DNA of 64,000 nucleotides, from positions 832,001-896,000 of the forward strand of contig JAVZJD010000001.1 of NCBI GenBank assembly GCA_038870975.1, given 5' to 3'. Under the pieces are notes generated by a model. The model saw only the letters and a program-made list of their open reading frames with translations. It was not told where the DNA came from and did no database searches. Shown piece after piece: positions 22,001 to 28,413 of this stretch. The DNA comes from Candidatus Bathyarchaeia archaeon (GTDB lineage Archaea; Thermoproteota; CALKCG01; B24). A program made the position numbers and the translations under genes. Positions within the stretch are counted from its first letter, which is position 1, and the number at the start of each line of letters is the position of its first letter.

Positions 22001-22700
22001 ATTCCCAGCCGAATATTCTGATGCCATGGACCTTCACAAGTTCATATATGAGCTTGAGAAGACTACGCTTAACTATCCGTCGTGGAGGGAGAGACGTATA
22101 AGATTAGACATAGTCAGAGTTCAGCCTGTGACCAGAGTCAGAACCGTAGATGACGTTCTAAGAGACGTTAAAGTCATAAGAGAGCAGTTGCACGTAGTTA
22201 CAAGTAAGCTTAAGACCATAGAGAAGCTTAAGGCTACAACCCCATCTGAGCTTTTAGCAGAGTACGAGGCTAAATATGCTGCTCAAGCCGATAGACTCAA
22301 TAAGGCTATAAAGCGGCTTGGATTGGAACTTGAACCGTTGTATGAACAGCTCAACAGTGAAGTTCAAAAACTTAATACAGAAATCGAAAAGCTCAACATA
22401 GCTTATAAACTAGGAGAAATGTCTGAGGAAGATTATAAGACTTCATCGGAGCCTCTGAAGACTAGGCTTAACGAGCTTACGAGAAAGCTTGAAGATATAC
22501 GCTTCGTATTAACCCAGCTTAAAATGCCTAAAGTCACAATGCCAAGTATTAGAGCACCTGCGGCTAGAAGAGCTGCAAGACGTAAGCCAGCTGAAGAAGC
22601 ACCGGGCCTCATGTACTGTCCATACTGTGGAAGTACAAACCTCACTAAAACGCCGAGCGGTTCAATAGTATGCGGTAGATGCCGTAGAAAACTCCGTTAA
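19083..22700 (+). CDS. Giant FtsX/MacB-family ABC permease with C-terminal CdvA-like coiled coil and Zn ribbon
   Basis: Signal peptide; TM block; MacB-type RDVKRHLTRSILTIIA; extracellular domain (IIGVDP...IVRG...ILVP); FtsX motif SIIYERRREIWTLAVVGGNPRSITNMFLMEA; C-terminal EKLNIAYKLGEMSEEDYK and CPYCGS...CGRC. Confidence 0.8.
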   Translation: MKMVKNAIFLLLLLTLTQVYGFNLPVKAQQTSATSTPYVKYTLITYFMDYLTNSPEPRLNVTLVLNGYTVKGLTDDFGSLKSSFNASRDLANVILLNSLSVYGNFTVVKIQDYMMEYLRYDVTYSRNTITYSGLEVRPTIVTAEKEILLYYYIYTLKSRFVNVSDLDVSTMEILPNGEVQFRRDKMVLDARPAVPVNRQLSRYESLYLFPINYTVTVRVRIFRFRFLPETYPVKVFVTENTSYVNVMGPVLHFRINETISPLIERIDTLKTLGLPMVDEERLVTKIVNQNTNILQLIENRSYDSALTQLRFLAKKISNLQSNLSNLNASLMLSCVIVIAFIYAFSSLTSTLITDDARKKFLLKFILYFTLFFIFLVSHNEFKIALSILSSNFLLTDIKYLDNFTVLVIGSTLGSLGILIPTLISLYSPPIISLSLDLSIRDVKRHLTRSILTIIAFSLIIASVLAVFKISYSHILTEKTIQTSFKTDVIGLQSTQENIIVKNDLIFIKSMEWVNTTYYVKSLYDTITIGPLSGFTAIRLVSPSSGLLDQRLDIIGVDPVFLNDYFKFSLNIVRGSYISGNESAILVPSSLSNSLRLSEKVRVRFVIVSNIANNLVDVAEYDLGDFIVKGFFNPDSVEEVKLPDGSPLIEYPYRTIIVSESLLPDSIDARRLRITVPRLSLGISQSEPYYIDIFKVKHAFIVPEPKFHVDVYEKARELLDLTGCRVFAYSNGVCKTFEELYILNIVGFSSIIPPILIVTSIIVLTMNSIIYERRREIWTLAVVGGNPRSITNMFLMEALITGLLSTAIGYLFYTGFYLTSGVLAPLVSNWYPELFNIFTEMKMASGFELTSILVIVLVGLGVPLLGSYIPCVKAQGLTLLGRSPRRNIGADVRRRGDTAEYVLPVRATPLDGEALYTYLKDNFFTRAFQVRKLSGNAYQDGTFDFKFTFQFRNVLTECVLRGVRRGDTIYPILEFPAEYSDAMDLHKFIYELEKTTLNYPSWRERRIRLDIVRVQPVTRVRTVDDVLRDVKVIREQLHVVTSKLKTIEKLKATTPSELLAEYEAKYAAQADRLNKAIKRLGLELEPLYEQLNSEVQKLNTEIEKLNIAYKLGEMSEEDYKTSSEPLKTRLNELTRKLEDIRFVLTQLKMPKVTMPSIRAPAARRAARRKPAEEAPGLMYCPYCGSTNLTKTPSGSIVCGRCRRKLR

Positions 22701-22704
22701 ACCA

Positions 22705-23268
22705 TCACGTTATTTTAACTCTGGTGGCTAAACCCCTCTTCTCCAATATTTCAGCATTTTCTTCAGGTATATACGCTATATCCTCAGGTTTAAACGGTCC
22801 ATATGTCTTTAAATCTACCCCAACTATAGCTGGGCTTTCCTTTAAAAACCTAACCAGTACGATTCTATTTTTCAAATCTTGAATAGATATTTTAGGCTCT
22901 CTACCGTTTAAAATGTCCTCGAGAGCCTTATCGCTCTCTTCCTTGAAGCGTTTTAAATACCTTACGAGTATATCCTCTTCGTCTGTTAGACTAGACCTAT
23001 CCAATTCCTGGTTTTTAACTACTTTAGAAATAATCTTATCAAACCTTAACCTGTACAGTCTCGTAAAGAGGCTGGAAGCATTTTCCAATTCACCTTTCAA
23101 CAGTTCAGCAGATATACTATCCAAGTCAACTATCCTAAGATTTTCAACCAACTGTCTAAAGTATATGCTCGTCCTCCTATAGAAGTCTCTGGGAAGCGGC
23201 TGTAGACTTTCACTGGTCCTCTCCATCCTCCAAGCGCTGAGAATTTCGTCGTACATTTTCCCCCTCAA
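22705..23268 (-). CDS. gins15: GINS complex subunit Gins15 (Gins51)
   Basis: WRMERTSESLQPLPRDFY, R..KI, LTDEE; B-domain FLKESPAIVGVDLKTYGPFKPEDIA.IP.ENA; lies next to priS. Confidence 0.88.
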   Translation of the reverse strand: MRGKMYDEILSAWRMERTSESLQPLPRDFYRRTSIYFRQLVENLRIVDLDSISAELLKGELENASSLFTRLYRLRFDKIISKVVKNQELDRSSLTDEEDILVRYLKRFKEESDKALEDILNGREPKISIQDLKNRIVLVRFLKESPAIVGVDLKTYGPFKPEDIAYIPEENAEILEKRGLATRVKIT

Positions 23269-24500
23269 ATTACGTAAGCTAAACCTTTACATACTAATAA
23301 AACTGCAGCTGAAATAGGGAGCTCTATATCTACCTCGCTATATGGACCGAAGGTAGATTCTCCAACTCTAAACTCCGGGCTTTCGTAAACGTGAACTTTC
23401 ACTTCACCTTTTTTAAAAGTCACCGCTTCTTTAAGAGGGTCGAAGCTTTCAAGGTCTCTCAACACTTTAACTTTTCTTAAGCCCGTTTTACTATGTAGCG
23501 TCCCCTCCAACCTTATAAGTCTATGGACATCGGCTGTAACAACTGTGTCTATTAAGACTCCGCTTTTCCTAGCGGCTTCTAAAAATATAGCCTCCCATGT
23601 TCTACTATCGACTCCAACCATTTGGTTAAACTTCCCCCTCCACCACAGCTCGACTATCTTCTCCTTATTCTCAACTATGCTTGAAGCGACTTTATCTTTA
23701 ACCCCGATTCTCAAAAGGTCTTCTAACCCATAATTGAGCACTATATCATACCCGTTCTTCATGAGTCTTTCAGCCCAAGTTGAAAATTTTAAAGCCTTAG
23801 CTAGTTCTTCATCGCTCGTCAAACTCCCTAGACCATGAACCAGCGGATCTATCCCAAGTCCAGTGATGTAATCTACTATTTCTCTTCTAGCATCTTGATC
23901 CAATACTTTAAATTCTTCGCTCTCAACGTGTACATGATACCCCCTGTGTCCGGAGAAGTATAAGGAAATCTCCTGGTCGGTTAACCCGAAGTCTGAGTAG
24001 AGAAACTCTAAAAGTTTAATCGTCTCTGTTTTAGCTGCTTCAAGACATTCAGAGCAAAACCAAGCTCTTTCATCAATCCTCTTTGAGCCACACTTAGGGC
24101 AGTTTTCCGGAGCTGAACCGTTTCCGTTTTCACCACAATCCAAACACCTCCATCTATCATGCCTCCTCTTACAAGAAGTCTGTATATGGTCGGCGTCTAT
24201 GTCGAACACTAGATCTGCTCCAAGCCACCCTTTCCCCTCCATGTTTGGAGCGGAGGGGTTTAAATAGTATGCAGTTGAACGGTAACAATCTGCTGGCACT
24301 TTTTCGCATAAGAATTTTACGAGGTCTCTCCAATCTTCGAAGCTTAAATGTCTAATCATTGTACGTGTTTCCAACGTTAAAAATCCAAATTCTCTATACT
24401 TTATGGAGGTTACCTTTTCAAATACTGCCTCCTGCTCATAAAACCTCTTGAATAGGTTTCTCAGAAACCTCAGGTTTCTCTCCCTCTCCAATTCTTCCAA
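23265..24500 (-). CDS. priS: DNA primase small (catalytic) subunit; start probably TTG at 24500 or 24491 rather than 24599
   Basis: REFGF, STAYY, GADLVFDIDAD, FSGHRGYH, VTADVHRLIRL.GTLHSKTGL. Confidence 0.93.
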   Translation of the reverse strand: MEELERERNLRFLRNLFKRFYEQEAVFEKVTSIKYREFGFLTLETRTMIRHLSFEDWRDLVKFLCEKVPADCYRSTAYYLNPSAPNMEGKGWLGADLVFDIDADHIQTSCKRRHDRWRCLDCGENGNGSAPENCPKCGSKRIDERAWFCSECLEAAKTETIKLLEFLYSDFGLTDQEISLYFSGHRGYHVHVESEEFKVLDQDARREIVDYITGLGIDPLVHGLGSLTSDEELAKALKFSTWAERLMKNGYDIVLNYGLEDLLRIGVKDKVASSIVENKEKIVELWWRGKFNQMVGVDSRTWEAIFLEAARKSGVLIDTVVTADVHRLIRLEGTLHSKTGLRKVKVLRDLESFDPLKEAVTFKKGEVKVHVYESPEFRVGESTFGPYSEVDIELPISAAVLLVCKGLAYVI

Positions 24501-25530
24501 TCCTCCTAATAGCTCTCCTATAGTAGGAGAGCGGGTGTTTAACCCCTCTACAGAACCTCCCCCCTTCGACACATAAACCGTGTGTCTTAAGGGTTTCACA
24601 CTTAGGAGGCGTATACTTTGTTCTAGACCCCCTTAAACCAGCTATGTGCTCGACTTGATAACGTGTTATCCTTTCATTGGCATCTGGGAGTTTAGTAAAC
24701 AGCTTAACGATATCTTCTGTGTCGACTCCAATATTGAGAAGGAAGCTTGTTATGGCAAATCTAGCGGTGTGCGGTAGGTGTTGTCCGTTGATCAGTGCTT
24801 GGTAAAACGCTCCAATACATGGTGGGAAGGCTTCTAAGATGATCTTACCCTTATACTCTTCTAATTCCTCTACTTTAGGCCTCTTCTCAGATATGAGAAG
24901 TCTGATCTCCTCAACTATCTTCCCAAGTCTACCAGGTAATTCTCTATCAAATCTATCTTCAAGCTCATCTTCAATCATGTTTTTAATTCCTTCAGCTATG
25001 AGCCTAGTGAATTCCCCCCGCGTCAAATACACGTAGCCGTCTTTTACAGGCTTGTTTATGAGCTTCCAGCTTCTATCCCTGAATATTGGAGCGATTTGAA
25101 GGTAGTTTTTAACGCTTAAAGCGTAGTCGTAAGGTGCTCTTTGCCTTATGGGTTCAGCCTTCCACATGAGTACTTCATTGGCTATTTTGAGGAAAATCGT
25201 CTGACTCTTCTCTTTTTGAAGGATTTTTACGAGTCTTTTTGCCTCGGCTGAAGCATACCTCTGGCTTAGAAATGTGTCTCCGACAGCCTTAACTATGGCA
25301 AGTGCCAATGGAAAAGATAGAAGTTCAACATCTACATTGCTCTTAAAACTTATTTCTTCTCTATCTAAAGCTTCTCGAATTCTCTCCGCCGCTCTATTGA
25401 CGATTTCTTCAAACTCTGGCTTTTCAAAATCTGCTAGGAGAATATCTCCAGCTCCAGTTTTAACCTTGAAGTATTCACTCGCCTCAGGTATAAAGGGGTA
25501 CTTTGCTAGGGTCTCTATAGATTCTTCCAT
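24436..25530 (-). CDS. priL: DNA primase large subunit
   Basis: AKYPF, WKLIN..V.DG.VYL, FPPCI, HTARF, YQVEHIAG, YTPPKCETLK..GLC (Fe-S cysteines). Confidence 0.93.
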   Translation of the reverse strand: MEESIETLAKYPFIPEASEYFKVKTGAGDILLADFEKPEFEEIVNRAAERIREALDREEISFKSNVDVELLSFPLALAIVKAVGDTFLSQRYASAEAKRLVKILQKEKSQTIFLKIANEVLMWKAEPIRQRAPYDYALSVKNYLQIAPIFRDRSWKLINKPVKDGYVYLTRGEFTRLIAEGIKNMIEDELEDRFDRELPGRLGKIVEEIRLLISEKRPKVEELEEYKGKIILEAFPPCIGAFYQALINGQHLPHTARFAITSFLLNIGVDTEDIVKLFTKLPDANERITRYQVEHIAGLRGSRTKYTPPKCETLKTHGLCVEGGRFCRGVKHPLSYYRRAIRRIGRIGEGEKPEVSEKPIQEVL

Positions 25531-25554
25531 GAAATCCCTTTTAACACCGCAATT

Positions 25555-26301
25555 CTATTCTACATATGGAGCTACATAGTACACTAGCTTACCTTGGAGG
25601 ATTTCAAAGTTTAGCTTAAGAGGTTTATCTGTACTAAACTCTAAACCGACAGTTCCAGCCAAATTTGAAGCAGATTTAACAATGTCTTCTAGAAACGTCA
25701 AACTATAACTTGCACTACTGGGTTGTTTAACCTGCAGTTCTAAAAGTGCTTCACTCGTCCTATCGAGCTCAACGGTTATCTCTCCAAGTTCCCCGCTGGC
25801 CTCTATAGTTAAACTATCCGTAGTGGCTTTAAACCTTAATATATCGCTAACAGTCGCGGCGTCGGCAACAGTCCTGCTGAGACAGCTAGAGGTTATCTTC
25901 GCCATAACGTCAAATTCTATCTTTAACGGCGGTATCTCCTCGCTCGTAAGCTGTAAAGTAGGCACGATAAGCCGCCTCCTATATCTACCTGAAAGCCTCA
26001 TCTCAAGTTTACCTACGGATTCGTCGAAAATCAACTCGAGGGTTTCATCACTCGCCCTCCTAAGAAGCTTTAACGACTCTTCGATGTTCAACCCTATAGT
26101 CATAGGTTTATCTACTTCAAACTCGTCGAATGCACTTCTACTCCACTCGAAGTCCACCATGGCTACATGGCTCGGGTCCATGGCTTTAACTTTAAGCCCC
26201 TCTTCGTCAGCCGTTATACATACTTCGTCCACTAATGCTGAAAGCGACGTGAGGATATTCCTAAGCGTTTTAGCATCAGCCATAGTTAACCTTAGAACCA
26301 T
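25555..26301 (-). CDS. pcn: PCNA sliding clamp
   Basis: AMDPSHVAMVD, YSL.FL, PLKL.F, YYVAP. Confidence 0.95.
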   Translation of the reverse strand: MVLRLTMADAKTLRNILTSLSALVDEVCITADEEGLKVKAMDPSHVAMVDFEWSRSAFDEFEVDKPMTIGLNIEESLKLLRRASDETLELIFDESVGKLEMRLSGRYRRRLIVPTLQLTSEEIPPLKIEFDVMAKITSSCLSRTVADAATVSDILRFKATTDSLTIEASGELGEITVELDRTSEALLELQVKQPSSASYSLTFLEDIVKSASNLAGTVGLEFSTDKPLKLNFEILQGKLVYYVAPYVE

Positions 26302-26655
26302 CTAATGAATACACCTCCCATAAATAGGGTCTATGAACACTATTATAAGCATTATTACAACCGCTCTAGTAAAAAACGTCTATACATAGTACGTTTTACT
26401 AAATTTTCCGACTATAGTTTAAACATCCGTCTGATAGACTTCAATCTTTACGACAATTTATAAAAGCATCTTTCGTTTACAATCTATCTACTATGAACAC
26501 TACAAACTTAGAATTTGAGAACCTTAGAAAGCTCCTACTACTGGATGTTGAAAAAGCCTTCGAAGAGTGTAACATGCTACTTTCAATTCAGCCGCATCCG
26601 GACGATACGGATATTGCAGCTGGAGGAACAATAGCCAAGCTTGCTAAGAAGGGAT

Positions 26656-27855
26656 GTTCAGCAGTTTCTAAATAGTTAACTTTATTAACGCTTCAGAGTA
26701 TACTCTTTTTGTGGAGGTAGTCCTCGGCGTCCCATTCAGCTACGAGGCGAACAGCGAGGTTAGGAAGCTCTTAGAGGACTTTAGAGACATGGTGAACTTC
26801 TGCATAGACTTCTCCGTTAAGAGGAGGGTGACCTCTTATGCTAGGCTTAGGAGGGGCGTCTATGAGGAGTGGAAGAGGAGATGGGATTATTCCACGCACT
26901 TCTGCCACTCAGCGTGTAAGATAGCTTTAGCCATGATCAAAGGCTACAGGAGGAGGCATAGGGAGGGGAAGCCCGAAGCCAAGAAGCTCTTCATGCAACT
27001 CGACCCTCAGCTATACAAGTTCTACGGTGATGAGATTAGGATATCTGTTAAGCCCAGGAAGTTCCTCTTCATAAATTTGAAGTATGGCGAGTACCAGAAG
27101 AAGTTTATAGATGCATGGAAAGAGGGGAAGCTGAAGACTGGTGAAATAACGATAAACGAAACAAAGATAATCGTGCCTTTCAAGAAGGAAGTAGACATGT
27201 CGAATCCGAGCGATTGGATAGCAATAGACATCAACGAGGGCAACGTTACGGCTGTCAGCTCTAATCCACACGTCTTAAGGGTTGAAAGCAACCTGAGGAC
27301 TATCCATACAACCTACTTCAATATCATCAGGAGGATTCAAAAGCTGAAGAAATACAAGCCTAAGACCGCTGAAAAGCTGGTTAGGAAGTATTCTGGCAGA
27401 AGAAAACGCAAAGCTATGGATGAATGCCATAAAATTGCTAAGAAGATCGTAGACTTCACAAAGCAACATAATATGGGAATAATCATGGAAGACCTCAAAG
27501 GAATTAGAAAAAGGATCGACCGCACTAAAAACCTCAACCGTAGGCTACACTCGTGGAACTTTAGAAGACTACAATTCTACATCGAGTATAAGGCAAAGCT
27601 GAATGGTTTACCCGCAATTTACGTTAACCCGAAGGGAACCTCGAGCCTATGTCCGATATGTGGTGGAAGATTGGCATCGAATGGATATAGGCTTAAGAGA
27701 TGCGAATGCGGTTACGAAGAAGATAGGGATGTGATCGCATGCCTAAACATGCTCAGGATGAGGGGAGTTCCGTTGCCCCAGAAAGCCACTTATGAGGCTT
27801 TTAAAGCTGAGGTGGAACGGATAGTTATAAAATGTTAACTATCCGACAACGGAAC
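26656..27855 (+). mobile_element. TnpB-only (IS1341-like, IS200/IS605 superfamily) element, 1,200 bp
   Basis: Host deacetylase frame stops at GTTC (26656) and resumes at GAAC (27852-27855); no tnpA; no target duplication. Confidence 0.8.
26711..27838 (+). CDS. tnpB: RNA-guided endonuclease TnpB
   Basis: RuvC-I IAIDINE, RuvC-II IIMEDL, LHSWNF..LQ.YIEYKA, Zn finger CPICG...CECG, RuvC-III DRDVIAC.N; D-E-D triad intact. Confidence 0.95.
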   Translation: MEVVLGVPFSYEANSEVRKLLEDFRDMVNFCIDFSVKRRVTSYARLRRGVYEEWKRRWDYSTHFCHSACKIALAMIKGYRRRHREGKPEAKKLFMQLDPQLYKFYGDEIRISVKPRKFLFINLKYGEYQKKFIDAWKEGKLKTGEITINETKIIVPFKKEVDMSNPSDWIAIDINEGNVTAVSSNPHVLRVESNLRTIHTTYFNIIRRIQKLKKYKPKTAEKLVRKYSGRRKRKAMDECHKIAKKIVDFTKQHNMGIIMEDLKGIRKRIDRTKNLNRRLHSWNFRRLQFYIEYKAKLNGLPAIYVNPKGTSSLCPICGGRLASNGYRLKRCECGYEEDRDVIACLNMLRMRGVPLPQKATYEAFKAEVERIVIKC

Positions 27856-27875
27856 AGGAGTCGGCTGCTAAAACA
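27760..27875 (+). ncRNA. Putative omegaRNA/reRNA of the TnpB element (3' part of scaffold plus flank-derived guide)
   Basis: GTTCCGTTG (27767-27775) pairs with CAACGGAAC (27847-27855); nested 10-bp hairpin CGGATAGTTA (27818-27827)/TAACTATCCG (27836-27845); overlaps the tnpB 3' end as in known omegaRNAs. 5' boundary unknown. Confidence 0.6.
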
Positions 27876-28413
27876 CTTGGGGTATCTGAACTTATATGGC
27901 TCAATTATAGAGATTCGGAGCTTGAACCGACGATAGAACTTAGAAACAAGCTTATAACGCTTATAAGAAGGTTTAGACCAGACATGGTATTAACGGTAGA
28001 TCCGTGGCTCCGATATGAAGCACACCCAGACCATAGAGCCACTGGAATAGCCACCTCTGAGGCTTTTCTCCTAAGCGGTTTTCCGAATATCAATCGCATA
28101 GACTTGGTAAACGGACTAGAGCCTCACACCCCTAAATTCATAGCCTACTATTGGACTGAGAAACCAAACATCTACGTCGACATCACCGAGTATATTGAAG
28201 TCAAATTCAAGGCTATTATGGCGCATGCATCTCAAACATCCAGTAGAATGGTAGGCATATTAAAAGCGGTTTTCAAACTTATGGGTGAAAAAGCAGGTTG
28301 TGAATACGCCGAAGCCTTTAAAGTTCTAGCATCTTCAGCTCTACATTGCAACATATATGCGTCAGAACTATAGGTTTGATCGAAAAACATTTTATGGGCA
28401 ATCTAAGGCTGTT

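Larger units (their letters stand above)
26493..28373 (+). pseudogene. PIG-L/LmbE-family N-deacetylase (diacetylchitobiose deacetylase Dac-like), disrupted by a TnpB element
   Basis: 5' part 26493-26655 (QPHPDD..IAAGGTIAKL..KG); 3' part resumes at about 27852 (EQESAAKTLGV...DPWLRYEAHPDHRATG...HASQ) to 28373. The intervening V.Y...TDG..G....ELA..R segment is missing. Confidence 0.88.

Noticed and set aside
15408-22700. Integrated element at tRNA-Pro carrying the three-gene operon
   Set aside because: No integrase and no repeat of the tRNA 3' end was found; the operon ends 4 bp from gins15.
26656-27855. IStron or self-splicing rescue of the deacetylase gene
   Set aside because: No room for a group I intron core, and excision cannot restore the missing conserved segment of about 30 codons.
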